Assembly: GCA_036630325.1 (NCBI GenBank)
Contig: CP142729.1
Span: 434,001 to 498,000 of the forward strand
Source: Vairimorpha necatrix
Taxonomy: Eukaryota
DNA: 64,000 nt
Reading direction: 5' to 3'
Position 1 is the first letter of the stretch. Each line of letters begins with the position of its first letter. This document shows positions 1-11,127 of this stretch, piece after piece. The notes under the pieces are model-generated. The model saw only the letters and a program-made list of their open reading frames with translations, did no database searches and had not been told where the DNA came from. The position numbers and the translations under genes were made by a program.

Positions 1-1511
1 CACAACCTTCTAGTAAAGTAATCAATACCCAGTAACACATACCTATTCTCTCCACCTATGTCCATTAAATCCAACGCCACTTTCTCCAATTTCTTTCTAG
101 TTACTACGAAATCACATCCTCCTGTGTTTTTCCTATTGTTAATCCCACATATTTCACAATTCTTAATTACCTTATTAATATGATCTTTCATACCAGGCCA
201 ATACCATCTTTGTTTAATGTTATAATAAGTGCCTTTGACACCTCTATGGTTTAACTCCTCATGTACTCTTGTTATTTCATGTTCTCTACTATCTAGGCTC
301 AATATCTCTTTCACCTCACCTGTGGAAAATTCCCAATACTGTTTACCGTCCTTTTCTTTAATATGTTTCTGCTTTTTTCCCAATATTTGTTTTTCGATCA
401 CTTCTTTTCTCTTGTTGTCCTTTTCTTTTTGTTCATCCGAAACTTCTACCTGATCATACTGCCTACTTAACGCATCTGCATCTGTCATCAACTCCCCTTT
501 CACATACTCTATTGTAAAGTCAAACTCTTGTATCTGTTCTACCCATCTGTTTATTCTGTTATTATTGAAGTATGGCTTATTTCTGATCTCTGCTAATGCT
601 TTATGATCCGTCATCAAATGAAATTTCCTTCCTCTCAAATCACTTTCAAACTTCTTTATTCCAAAAAACACCGCCAACATCTCCTTCTCACTTATCGTAT
701 ATCTTCGCTCGGTAGGAGTCAACATTTTCGATGCCCATTGTATCGGAATCCACTCACCCTCTTTATTTTCTTGTAATAGAATTGCTCCGATCCCCGTATC
801 ACACGCATCAGTTCTTACTCTAAATAGCTTTTTTCCGTCCGGAATCTTCAACTTTTTCATATCTCTCAAGCCTTGCTTCATATCCTCAAAAGCTCTTTCC
901 ATATCCTCCGTCCAATTCCACTTAACATCTTTCTTTAAAGCCTCAGTAAGCCTTACTGTTCTATACGCATAGTTGGGAATAAAGTCTCTAAACCAACCAG
1001 TTAGTCCTAAAAATCTTCTTAACTCTCTAACATTCTCAGGTTTTCTATATTCCAATGTCTCCTGCTTTTTAATCTCATTCGGTCCCATGACCTCCCCATT
1101 AATTGTTACTCCCAGCAACATGACCTCATCTTTTTTGTATTGTATCTTTGTTTGGTTTATTCTCAACCCACACTCTTTAAACTTTTTAATTACCCTCTCT
1201 AGTAACTCGTCATGCACTCTTACGTCTTTACCATGAATAACTATATCATCCATATATACTTCCACGCCTTTACCTCTGAATTCATCTAAAACTCTGTTCA
1301 TTACTCTCTGCATTATATGAGGCGAATTCTTAAACCCCATAACCATACTATTCCATTCGTATACTCGACCATTCACTTCAAATGCTGTTTTGTGCTTATG
1401 GTGCTCCTCAATCTCAATATGATAAAACCCTTCTTTTAAGTCGATAACCGTAAATACTTTTGACCCCTGTGTGGCTCTCATAATATCCTTAATTAACGGT
1501 AGTGAGTACGG
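1..1511 (-). pseudogene. Remainder of pol (RT-RNaseH-integrase), open to the window edge
   Basis: The frame resumes at CCG 1511 (PYSLPLIKDIMRATQGSKVFTVIDLKEGFYHI...). The expected GAC CCG reads GC CCG, a single-base deletion. Confidence 0.85.
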
Positions 1512-2353
1512 GCCTTGTCAACCAAATCGTTTAACGCCATCAAATTGCTTACCAATCTTACGTCCCCATTTGGTTTTTCAAGTGCTCTTATTGGACTCCT
1601 CCACTCACTTTTGGAACGTCTTATAACCCCTCTATTTTCCAACTTATTCAAGTACTCCTCAAATTTCACCCTAAGGTAGTATGGCACATTCTGCCCTCTT
1701 TTCACAACCTTTTCACCTTGCTTAGTATTTATTGGACACTTCTCTCCTGTGAGATATTTTATCTTTTCTTCTGATTCTTTAAAAACTTCCGGATACTTTT
1801 CAATTAAATTTTCTAACTTATTTACTGTTTTACATCTTTTCCCTTCATTGTTGATAATTGGTTCTTTCTGTAAAACTTGTTCCTTTTTAATTTTATATTT
1901 TTCCCTACCAGCTACACTTTCATGACATTCTCTAGCGTAATGCCCTTCTTTCTTACATATAAAACATTTTGTAGTTTCTCTGATTTCTCTTCTTTTCCTA
2001 TACATCCTAAGATTTTCTTTTCTTTCTTCCCTAAACTCTTTCAACACTTTATCCATAATCTCTTTAATCATTTCTTGTCTTTCTTCTGACTCTCTCTCAA
2101 ATTCTGCTCCTTTTTGTAAGCCTTTATAAATTTCCTCCCAACTGCTCCTTCCGTCACAAAAATTTTCAAAAATATAATCCTGCAAGTTCGCAGATGCCAA
2201 ATCCATAACATCTTTCCACTCAACTTTCTCAACTTTCAATATTAACTTTAGTCTCTTATCTATCCTAATTGCCTCTTTCTCTAATGTTCTAGCCTCTTGA
2301 CTACGGGACTCTCTTGTTTCCCTGTTCATCCTTGTGTTCGCCATGTTAACCAT
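1493..2353 (-). CDS. Gag (zinc knuckle) fused directly to the RT N-terminus; ends at the frameshift
   Basis: 286-aa ORF. The CCHC motif is followed ~45 aa later by RT-leader motifs (YPEVF, VPYYLR, RGVIRRSKSEWRSP). Confidence 0.85.
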   Translation of the reverse strand: MVNMANTRMNRETRESRSQEARTLEKEAIRIDKRLKLILKVEKVEWKDVMDLASANLQDYIFENFCDGRSSWEEIYKGLQKGAEFERESEERQEMIKEIMDKVLKEFREERKENLRMYRKRREIRETTKCFICKKEGHYARECHESVAGREKYKIKKEQVLQKEPIINNEGKRCKTVNKLENLIEKYPEVFKESEEKIKYLTGEKCPINTKQGEKVVKRGQNVPYYLRVKFEEYLNKLENRGVIRRSKSEWRSPIRALEKPNGDVRLVSNLMALNDLVDKARTHYR

Positions 2354-2428
2354 TTATTTATTAAGGGTTCTAAACCCTACATACAATATACTTATATTTT
2401 GTATTCATTATACAAACTTTACATAACA
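2344..2428 (-). repeat. Putative 5' LTR (~85 bp)
   Basis: On the minus strand it reads TGTTA...TAACA (terminal inverted repeat), directly followed by the TGG PBS, and contains CCC...ATG. The partner LTR is outside the window, so the distal boundary is inferred. Confidence 0.55.
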
Positions 2429-2693
2429 TCAAAATTTTTAGTCTGTTTTTATGGTTCTATCTTTCTATATATATATAATTTAATTTTTAACAGCATGAAA
2501 TTTTTTTTAATTATTATCTATTTGTTTATCAGCACAAAGTTATACAACAGAATGTTCATATATAAGAGAACCTGTAGAAATCAAGATTGATATATTTTAT
2601 TGTTTTATTGAAATGGGCTTGTCTCTAATGTGTGATTTTATGGACAGTGACTATATTATAATTGAAATCGAATTAAATGAATATTTTGATAAT

Positions 2694-3460
2694 AATAGGG
2701 CAAAGAAAAATGAAATAGTCGACATTAAAAATTCATCACTATGACTTAAAGTAGGTAACACGAATACCAGGACAGAAAGTAAGTTATGTGCCCTACAAGA
2801 CCGAAATATATTAATTGGATCGATTGGAACCTGCCCCCATTGCAATAAATCAGCAAAGACCGTGGATCACCTAGCGAAAAGGTGCCGAAAAATGCTAGGA
2901 CACGATTATATGAGAAGGTATAATGAAATAGTAAAATTCACTCACCTACTACTGTGTGAAAAATATAAAGTGCGGCCTAAGAAGAGATTAAGAAACCACT
3001 CAGTACAACAGATAGTTGCCAAAAAAGATGTGGAAATAAGAATAGACACGACGATAAAAACGGACATAAAGATCAAATATAATAAACCTGATATTGTCGT
3101 AGTAATAAAAGAATAAATTGATCAGAATAATTTAACAGGTGTCACATCAAAAGAGAATCTACAGCAAGTAGAAAACGATAAGTTAAGAAAGTATGATGTC
3201 CTTGCAACGAACTGGGCTTTTTATATGGTTTTAAAACAGAAATTATTCCCTACGTAATCACTTGGGACGGTATGTGACTAAGTTCCACAAATCATATACC
3301 ACAAGATTTGGAATCCCTAAAAAGGTAGAAGCGTACATCCAGATGATCACGCTAAAGAAGACGCTAGAAAGCATTTCTCTGGACTACCGAAGGAGAGGAG
3401 ACGAGAAGCAACATACAAGCAGGAGACGCTAACGCGGAACCTACCCTTGTTAAACTATAA
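2694..3460 (+). mobile_element. 5'-truncated, decayed RLE-type non-LTR retrotransposon (R4/Dong-like), C-terminal part
   Basis: CPHC...DHL...C zinc motif, YMRRYNEIV and KPDIVVV endonuclease motifs with stops and frameshifts. Closely similar to the reverse complement of 35930-36700. Confidence 0.85.
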
Positions 3461-5680
3461 ATATAAACTACAATAAGTATACCCTAATTAAATTCATTTA
3501 TTGATAATAATCATTACATTACATATATCAAAATAAAAAACATAAATACAAAATAATATAAAAAAAACATCTATTGTGTAAAGTTAAAAGGAAAACATTT
3601 AAAGGATCAAAGTTCTATAAAAAAGGTCTTAAAAATATAGTTTTCTTGAATTTTTTCTTATATTACTTGTTTATAAAAAATTCGATTATTGTCATTTATA
3701 TGACAATAAAAAAATCTTATTTGTTTATTATAAAAATTATGTTTTTCAGTTAGAATATCACAAAAACGGCAATACAACAAATTTTTCTACACTAACCACA
3801 ATAACTAAAATGATACATGACTTAGATGTTTACAAATTTAGGTAGATTAGATATAATTATTTCCATATTCTAATAAGTAATCTTCCTAAGAATACTTAAC
3901 TGATTTTGTAACTTCCATTTATATAAACAAATATACAAAATATTATATACGAAACCTCTAAGTTGGGAATAAAAAATTAATCATATGACTGTTATGCTAG
4001 TTATAATCAGTTTATTACTTTATATTGTATATCGATAGAAATGTTACTTTGTTGACTTCATCGGGAATTTCACTCCTTTTTCGTTTTTTTTTGATATATA
4101 GATCAAATTATTAGCGATTATCAATAGAGTATCATTTACAAAAAATTTTAAAATTTGATATCTTTTAGGGCGATTTTTATGATCTTCTCATTCTTTGTTT
4201 TCAAAAAGATGACATATGGGCAAATCTAGCGATACACTGTGATTGAACTTACGCTATCATAATAAAGTCTTAAAGTGTTAAAACCTAAATTTAATTTTTA
4301 GTCTCATCGGTTTTGATAAATTAATTTTTTTTAAAGGAAAATAGTTGGAATTACTGCATAGAAATCCAAAACACTTAGACTCTGATTAAAATCCAATTGA
4401 TACTGCAGATTCTTACTCACTAGAATTCTAAACTTGGCGACGAAACATATTCCCGTATCCAAATAAAGTTTTTACCAGGAAAAATCTGTACCGTACATAT
4501 TCACATTTCGCCTTGAAAATTTACTGTAGACAAAATTTTGTACAATATATCTACACGAGATCAACAAAACATTACTTTGTCACAGGTGATAAAACTTGGC
4601 TTCCATGATTTCCCCAGATGAAAATTTACTTGCTATGTAGTGCTCTATATCACTATATAACCTCGGCTTGATTTCTTAGAACACAGTGAGGATGATTATA
4701 CTAAATGTTAATCTTTTGTATTGAATTTTTCAAACTCTATAATTAATTTTGTAATTTTCGCGGACACAAATAATAATTCGTATAGATCCAACCAAAATTA
4801 TTAAAGAAATAATGTTTTGAGCCTGTCATAAAAGAAATCCAGTTTTTTATAGATCAACACAATGCGCTTTCTGACTTAGCAGCAAACATTTTAATTATAT
4901 ATAATATACATGTAAATAGTAAAACATAATTTTCGAAGAATATTCCTAGAGTGGAATACATATTCAACAAAAATGGGAAAACTTAAAATTACCGCAATCT
5001 TTGTTTCGTGCTGCTAATTTTCTGTTTTTTAGCATATATAATCAAACATTATATCCGCTGATAAATGCCTAGAACTGTTTAACATTTTAAAATCTCAATT
5101 TTGGAGCCTATACTATGAAATTCAGTCTTATGTCTCCAAATTACACGTACATAGAATATGTAAATTAACTAAAAGCCACTGTATTTTACAATATAAAAAT
5201 TTTTTAATTGATGAATCATATACTTAAAATAAAACTTAAATTTTTAAGTTCTTATATTATAGATTTATATAACATCTAAAGTCGCTTTGATTTTTATCGC
5301 TGTTTTTTTGCGCTTTAATCTAAAATAAAAAAAAGTCCCAATTTTCATTCTCCCCAAACAATGATAGCTTTCAATTACAGTTCTAGTATTTTTCATCCAT
5401 AATGTTAGTACTGTGCTTATTTTTTATTGAGTCTCACAATTTCCATACTATGAACTTACATCTCTTTGTATTTGATTTTTAATATTACAATAGTACTTCC
5501 TCTCTTTTCATCATCTATCTTATTTATTTAATGACTAACCTCTTTGTATTGTAAGATAAAAAACTATGTCTTACTTTTTAATACACTATTATCTCATACA
5601 ATTCCTCGTTTTTATCTTATACTTTTTTTTTTTTTAATATTTTTTTTTTTTTTGTAAATTTTTTTCCCCCTATTTCAGAG

Positions 5681-7663
5681 ATGTTAATATTCGTTTTTCT
5701 ATCAATAATTTGTTCAACAACTCTTAGTGTCGACTACACTTCCTTCCTAGTCAAATCAATTACCGAAGATGATACCAACAAGATCAAAACTACCAAAAAT
5801 ATTTTAAACTACCAAGACTCCAAATTCTTTATTCCTCTGTCGGCCACAGACGATACATTTTATTATCCTTTAAACTCTTCATCTCAAGATCTTTACAATT
5901 TTGATTCTTATGAGACTAATCTTTCTATTAATGATATTAATGGTCTTTTTATTAGTAAACTTTCTACAGATAATATAATTATTAGTGTCAGAGATTACAA
6001 TGATAAAAAAACTAATGAAGAATTTTTTAATGCTTTAAAATCTAATTCGTCTGTCACTATATTGCCCGCTTCATTGGCGGCAGTGTCTGATTTGATTTCT
6101 TCAGATTTAAATGTAGAAAAGTTTGGTATTTTGAGTACACAAGGTCATTCTAGTGTGTTTATCATTTATGAAGTGTTAAAAACCAAAGAAGAAGTTTTAA
6201 TTAAAACACTAGTGAAAATTAATTTAAAGAATTTTGGAGATGTAAATTTAGATCAAGTTATTGAGGAATATATAAGAGGAATATTTAAAAAAGAAGAAGA
6301 TGTTTGTTTAGTACCATTAAAAAAAGAAATGAAAGAAGGAGATTTACTATTAGATATTTATGATATGTGTTTAGATATAAAAAAGAAGATAATTTATGAT
6401 GTTGAGACTACAAGAGCAGAAGAACCAGTAGCAGTAGATAAAAATGATGAAAAAAGAAAGAAACCAATAGAAGGAATAATATGGAATTTTAAAGAAATAA
6501 AAGAAGAAATGAAGAAGCTCAAGCAGAAAAAACTTAATAAAGAAATTGACAGTAATAAAGAAAATGATATTAATAAAGAAAGTAATAAAGAAAATGATAT
6601 TAATAAAGAAAATGACAGTAATAAAGAAAATGAGAATGAAGTTATTGATTGCCAAGACATGGACAAATTCGTGGAAATTGTTAATGAACACTGTAAAAAT
6701 CATGAAATATTTACTAAATATCTTATAAGTTCTTATAATCAGAAAATGTTCCAAGATTTCTTCAATTTCGAAGATTTAGTAAATGTCCAAGACTCGTCGA
6801 TCTTGAAAGGAGCTCTCAAATTCCAAAAATCAATATATAAAATGAAGAATTATAATCTCAAGTCTACTGATAAGAGAATTATCCACGGTAAGAAGATGAT
6901 CCCGAGTAAAGGTCAAGAATTAGAAGAAGAAATCAGAATTAAGAAAGAATGTGAAGAAATAATTAAAAAGATAAATGAGACAGAAGGGAAATATTTCCAA
7001 TATTTACCAGAAACAATATTTGATCAATATAAACAAGAAACTAAATCTGATAATGAAGATATAAATGGTAAAAAATTAAAAACTAATTTAAATTTAAAAG
7101 ATGCTAAAGATTTCTTGACTAATTTTAAGAAATTAGAAAGACAAAACCAGAAACACGAAAAGGACATTTTAACCAGACCAATAAAACTCGAAAAATTAGA
7201 AGAAATAATAAAAAAAGCAGAAATTAATAAAACTGAAGTATGGTGGAATGATTTCTTAGAGAAGAAGTTAGTAGAATATTCTGAATATTTAGAAAGAGTA
7301 AGAGAAGATAAGGAAATATTAGGGGATGAATTGGAGACTAAAGCGTATACTTTAGAAGGATTTATGAGTTCAGTGAAGAACAATCACGAGAAAAAAATAC
7401 AAGAAGAAGCCGAGAAAACTAAAGAAGAACAAAACAAAGAAGAGAAAAAGACCCCAAGTGAGGCTGAGATACAAGAAAGTCTTAAGAAACTTATGAATGA
7501 TCAAAAATTCAAAAAAATGTTTGAGCAACTCAAAAGCACTCAGCCAAAGGACGAAACCGAACTTATTTTAGACGAGCCAAAAAATGAAACCATCAAAGAT
7601 GAACCAAAAAATGAATCTATTAAAAATGAATCTATTCTAGATGAGTATAACAGAGATCTTTAA
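5681..7663 (+). CDS. Highly divergent ER-lumenal Hsp70-family protein (Lhs1/GRP170-like)
   Basis: Signal peptide, then LSVDY (cf. LxIDxG), SLAAV, FGDVNLD (cf. GGxDFD) and SILKGA (cf. AxAxGA). Acidic coiled-coil tail ending in RDL, an ER-retention-like signal. CCC motif upstream. Confidence 0.6.
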   Translation: MLIFVFLSIICSTTLSVDYTSFLVKSITEDDTNKIKTTKNILNYQDSKFFIPLSATDDTFYYPLNSSSQDLYNFDSYETNLSINDINGLFISKLSTDNIIISVRDYNDKKTNEEFFNALKSNSSVTILPASLAAVSDLISSDLNVEKFGILSTQGHSSVFIIYEVLKTKEEVLIKTLVKINLKNFGDVNLDQVIEEYIRGIFKKEEDVCLVPLKKEMKEGDLLLDIYDMCLDIKKKIIYDVETTRAEEPVAVDKNDEKRKKPIEGIIWNFKEIKEEMKKLKQKKLNKEIDSNKENDINKESNKENDINKENDSNKENENEVIDCQDMDKFVEIVNEHCKNHEIFTKYLISSYNQKMFQDFFNFEDLVNVQDSSILKGALKFQKSIYKMKNYNLKSTDKRIIHGKKMIPSKGQELEEEIRIKKECEEIIKKINETEGKYFQYLPETIFDQYKQETKSDNEDINGKKLKTNLNLKDAKDFLTNFKKLERQNQKHEKDILTRPIKLEKLEEIIKKAEINKTEVWWNDFLEKKLVEYSEYLERVREDKEILGDELETKAYTLEGFMSSVKNNHEKKIQEEAEKTKEEQNKEEKKTPSEAEIQESLKKLMNDQKFKKMFEQLKSTQPKDETELILDEPKNETIKDEPKNESIKNESILDEYNRDL

Positions 7664-7722
7664 AATAATAAAAATATTAATTTTTTAAATATAAAACAAC
7701 TATAGATTATTTCAATGTTTTT

Positions 7723-8628
7723 TTAATCTTGTCTTAATCTTTCATTTTCTTTAGTCATTCCATCTTTCTTTATTATCCATATCTCCACATTGTCACCCGT
7801 CTTCACATCCCGCTCACTCGCCGCATTAAATCCTCTTCTTACAATATCCTTTACATATTCCTCTGTCACTTCATAACTTTCTCCCGCCCAGTTCTTCTTC
7901 TCAATAGTCGAATCAAGCAAAGGCTGAATAAGCGGCGAGCCACTGCCATTACAAACAGAGTCGACTTCCTCAAAGTGGCCTAGACAGTCAAATGAGTAAA
8001 CATAAGGATTATCTCCCTCAAATCCACTCAGTGTCACATACGAGTAGTAAGGGAATAATCTCTTAGAGTACATTATCTTACTAGCCAGATTGGCGAGACT
8101 GTGTATTGAGATTTTATTAAATGACTCATAGATTTGTACTTGGTACTTGAGTCTATTAAACAATTCATACCCGTCAGCGTAGAACCCAGTGATAGTCAGG
8201 AGAAAGTCGCCTATCCTGAAGATCTTAGAAGTATTTCTACTGTAAATTCCCATCTCTGAACAGTGTCTAGTGTCAGCTGCTATTATTATGGAATTATTTA
8301 GTCTGATTGAGACAGTAGACCCAGAATTGTCTTCATAAGGATTGAACTTAGACTCTTGACTTTTAGTCTTCCCTTCTACGAAGTCAGTGAAGGAATCAAA
8401 AGATTCAAAGATCTCTTTTTTATTTGAAGGGAGATCAAATGTAAAATCAAGTGGTATTTCATTACTAAGTAAAGGAATATCAACTTTGAATAAATTTACA
8501 GTACTAGAATCTCCAATATTAAGATCTCTAATAGTAAGATCTCTTATATTTTGATCTCCAATATTAAGATCTTTAATATTAAGATCTTTAATATTTTGGT
8601 CCTTTGTATTTGCCTGTAAAGTGAACAT
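7723..8628 (-). CDS. PRE7: 20S proteasome subunit beta-6 (PSMB1/Pre7)
   Basis: FNPYEDNSGST, IAADTR, LFPYY and ASERDVKTGD motifs. The start is placed at ATG 8628 after CCCCT; the ORF track used an upstream non-ATG codon. Confidence 0.93.
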   Translation of the reverse strand: MFTLQANTKDQNIKDLNIKDLNIGDQNIRDLTIRDLNIGDSSTVNLFKVDIPLLSNEIPLDFTFDLPSNKKEIFESFDSFTDFVEGKTKSQESKFNPYEDNSGSTVSIRLNNSIIIAADTRHCSEMGIYSRNTSKIFRIGDFLLTITGFYADGYELFNRLKYQVQIYESFNKISIHSLANLASKIMYSKRLFPYYSYVTLSGFEGDNPYVYSFDCLGHFEEVDSVCNGSGSPLIQPLLDSTIEKKNWAGESYEVTEEYVKDIVRRGFNAASERDVKTGDNVEIWIIKKDGMTKENERLRQD

Positions 8629-8807
8629 AGGGGAGTAAAAAAACAAAGACAAAAATTTACAAGAAAAATAAAAATTATTTCAATGGTTGAAATTCATGCA
8701 AAAAATATTTCAGCATAAACAAACAACATAAAAATTAATACAAAAATAATACATATAAAACTAATATACTACATATATAATACACATATATTTCTTTAAA
8801 ATAATGT

Positions 8808-9317
8808 TTATTCCTCTTGTTTCATTATGTCATTCTCTTCATTAACTTCTAAATCTCTTACTTTTGCTGCCACTAAAATATGACAGGGACTTTTATTAAA
8901 AGGATTCACTCGTCCATGAGCCCGGAATATTCTCCCAAATACTTTGGGAGCTCTGCAAATCTGAACATGATCCAAATCTAATTTCTCTACTTCTAGTCCT
9001 TTTTCTACTGCTTGTTCTTTAATATTCTCTAAAACTTGTAACAAAGCAAGGGCAGATTTCTTAGGCCATAATCCTTTTCTCTGGTTAAAAGCCCTGGCCT
9101 GTCTGGTGTGGCCACATCCCCTGGCGTATCTTCTCATGGGGACACACTCTTTCTTGACTACTACATTGTTAAGATAAGAAATGGCATTGAGGAGAGATCT
9201 CTTTCTGAGAGTATTGGCAGTTTCTCTTGTCTTTTTGAAACTTACTCTTGCAGAGTCGATTTGTGATTTGATCACTTTTGTGGGGTCGACGACATCGTAC
9301 GCGAAATTTATAGCCAT
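8808..9317 (-). CDS. RPL17: 60S ribosomal protein uL22 (L17)
   Basis: [24 protein letters not shown] and [19 protein letters not shown] at 9317 is preceded by CCC. Confidence 0.96.
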   Translation of the reverse strand: MAINFAYDVVDPTKVIKSQIDSARVSFKKTRETANTLRKRSLLNAISYLNNVVVKKECVPMRRYARGCGHTRQARAFNQRKGLWPKKSALALLQVLENIKEQAVEKGLEVEKLDLDHVQICRAPKVFGRIFRAHGRVNPFNKSPCHILVAAKVRDLEVNEENDIMKQEE

Positions 9318-9522
9318 AATTTGAGGGTTAACAAAATTCAAAAAAAATAAAATAAAATTATATATTTTAAAAAAGAACAACTACATTAGATTTATACAAA
9401 ATCAAAAAATCAAATTTATTAGATTTATACAAAATAAGATAAAAATCAAATACATTAGATTTATACAAAATTAAATTTTATTAAACTCTTATAGACAAAT
9501 ATAATAACACATTTCATTTTAA

Positions 9523-9771
9523 TCATTCTAATGTCCTCTTGATATTCCAGGGGACTCGACACATGGGACAGAACTTCTTCTTTATTACCCAGTCAGAAAT
9601 ACAGTGTAAATGATAAGTGTGGTCACATGAGCCGACACAGGGCTTACACTCTATGGGGTGTGTGCATTTAGGGCACATTTGATCAAATGTCTGCTGACAT
9701 ATTCCACACATATCTTCGTCTATCTTCCATCTCCAAGAATAAGTTAGATAGACCTTGTTAATATTAAACAT
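9523..9771 (-). CDS. APC11: APC/C RING-H2 subunit Apc11
   Basis: WRW-x-DEDMCGIC..FDQMCPKC, GSCDHTYHLHCI..W and CPMCR..W. ATG at 9771 follows CCC. Confidence 0.88.
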   Translation of the reverse strand: MFNINKVYLTYSWRWKIDEDMCGICQQTFDQMCPKCTHPIECKPCVGSCDHTYHLHCISDWVIKKKFCPMCRVPWNIKRTLE

Positions 9772-9926
9772 AAAGGGCAAAATAATAACATTAATAATTG
9801 TATAATTATATTAGTATAATATATTATTACTTATACTTGTAAAAGAATATATCATTTATATAATATAATATAATAACATTTATATAATATTTGGTTTTGA
9901 TGTTTTTAAATTTTTCTTTTTTTTAT

Positions 9927-9934
9927 ACCCCATG
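9927..9934 (+). promoter_or_regulatory. Example of the microsporidian CCC motif upstream of start codons (recurs throughout the window)
   Basis: CCC lies within ~20 nt of the ATG at 5681, 8628, 9317, 9771, 9932, 11127, 13863, 14010, 17084, 17394, 18898, 19342, 21899, 26747, 27802, 29754, 31268, 41038, 52553, 54576 and 63734. A GGG variant occurs at 12785. Confidence 0.85.
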
Positions 9935-10315
9935 TCTATAATCTGTAGATTTAACAACAAATCGTCATTCTATGCCCAAGAAACTGCAGCAGATCTAAAA
10001 CAAGAAATAAGTACTAGAAATGCCCTTTCTTACGATTCTATTCTTCTCTCATCCGGCTGCAGGATCTTAGAAGATACTTTCCAATTATCAAGTCTAAATG
10101 GACTAGAAATAAATGCGACAGTGAAATGTCTAGGAGGAGGAAATATGCTTGATGAAAATGATAGAGAACTTGCTAATAAAAGGAATAAGAAATTGATATG
10201 TAGAAGATGCAATGTGAGATTGTCAGTTAATGCTACTAATTGTAGGAAGAAAGGGTGTGGGAGTAAAGATTTGAGGCCTAAGAAACAACTAAAGCCTAAG
10301 GCACTTAAGAAATAA
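9932..10315 (+). CDS. RPL40: Ubiquitin-like domain-eL40 ribosomal protein fusion with a degenerate ubiquitin moiety
   Basis: C-terminal [11 protein letters not shown]...[16 protein letters not shown] is eL40. The ~69-aa N-terminal domain ends in LGG. Start context is CCCCATG. Confidence 0.9.
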
Positions 10316-10359
10316 ACGAATTATTTAAAGGAAATGTTTTATATATTAATATAACTATA

Positions 10360-10485
10360 TTTAAACTATATAAAATCTATATATATTAATTAGACTATAT
10401 AAAATCTATATAAAATCTATATATATTAATTAGACTATATAAAATCTATATATATTAATTAGACTATATAAAATCTATATAAATA
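10360..10485. repeat. AT-rich tandem repeat with a ~29-bp unit (CTATATAAAATCTATATATATTAATTAGA), 3-4 copies
   Basis: Directly visible between the convergent eL40 and Mei2-like genes. Confidence 0.85.
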
Positions 10486-11127
10486 CTAGTTAGAATTTAA
10501 TTCTTGAATTATATCATCAATATTCTCACTTATAAACTCATCAAACTCTTTGATAAACATATTCTTATACACATTAATAACAGGCTTCTTCTTCTTCTGT
10601 ACAGGAGGTATAACTTGACTAATCACACTATCAGTATGTCTTATTATATCCCACTTAGTCTTAGTAGACATATCCCACACATACTTCACTGTAACACCCT
10701 TCTTACTTAATTCTGAGACACATGTGTCAGCAGATCTACTGTCAAAATACTCTACACATATAGTAGTAGGATTAGCTCCTCTTATTTCTCTAATCTCTCC
10801 GTATTCACTGAGTACTGACTCATTATAATCAGACAGATTCTTAGAGGAAATGAAAAGTGTACTCTGGTTTTTATCCTTGTCACATTTCTCATGGTCCTTG
10901 GGGAACTCATACTTGCTTATAGTGAAATATGCTTTATAGCCTTTACTGAGTAACTCCTTCTGGCATTGATCAGCATCTTTTATATTGTAGAAAATTACAA
11001 ACAAGAATGTGTCATTGTTTGGGATAGTGTAAACTTCTCTGATTTCAAAAGACTCTTTAAGCTTTTTAGTGAATATAGAAATGTCTGGTATATTAGTAAC
11101 TAAGAGTGTCTTGGTTTTCTTTTCCAT
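10486..11127 (-). CDS. Mei2-like RNA-binding protein (RRM1 + RRM2 only)
   Basis: KTLLVTNI, FVIFYNIKDA, NQSTLFI, YGEIREIR and VEYFDSRSA match the Mei2-family RRM1/RRM2 patterns. ATG at 11127 follows CCCCTTC. Confidence 0.75.
   Translation of the reverse strand: MEKKTKTLLVTNIPDISIFTKKLKESFEIREVYTIPNNDTFLFVIFYNIKDADQCQKELLSKGYKAYFTISKYEFPKDHEKCDKDKNQSTLFISSKNLSDYNESVLSEYGEIREIRGANPTTICVEYFDSRSADTCVSELSKKGVTVKYVWDMSTKTKWDIIRHTDSVISQVIPPVQKKKKPVINVYKNMFIKEFDEFISENIDDIIQELNSN

Larger units (their letters stand above)
1..2428 (-). mobile_element. Ty3/Gypsy LTR retrotransposon, running off the window start; gag-RT-RNaseH-integrase with a 1-nt frameshift in RT
   Basis: The minus-strand translation gives a CCHC knuckle (CFICKKEGHYAREC), RT (SPIRALEKPNGDVRLV, MGFKNSP, YMDD), RNase H (TDACDTGIGAIL, EKEMLAV, TDHKAL, DADALSR) and integrase HHCC (HEELNH...CEIC), in Ty3/Gypsy order. 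The PBS TGGCGAAC follows the putative LTR. Confidence 0.93.

Noticed and set aside
229..2089. Plus-strand ORFs at 229, 973 and 1877
   Set aside because: Antisense shadows of the Gypsy gag-pol.
6371..7383. Hydrophobic or repetitive ORFs overlapping the 660-aa gene (including 6546..6728)
   Set aside because: Alternate-frame and antisense products of the A-rich repeat in the real CDS.
8808..10315. Short spliceosomal introns in the ribosomal protein genes
   Set aside because: No GTAAGT near the start codons, and the ORFs are continuous.
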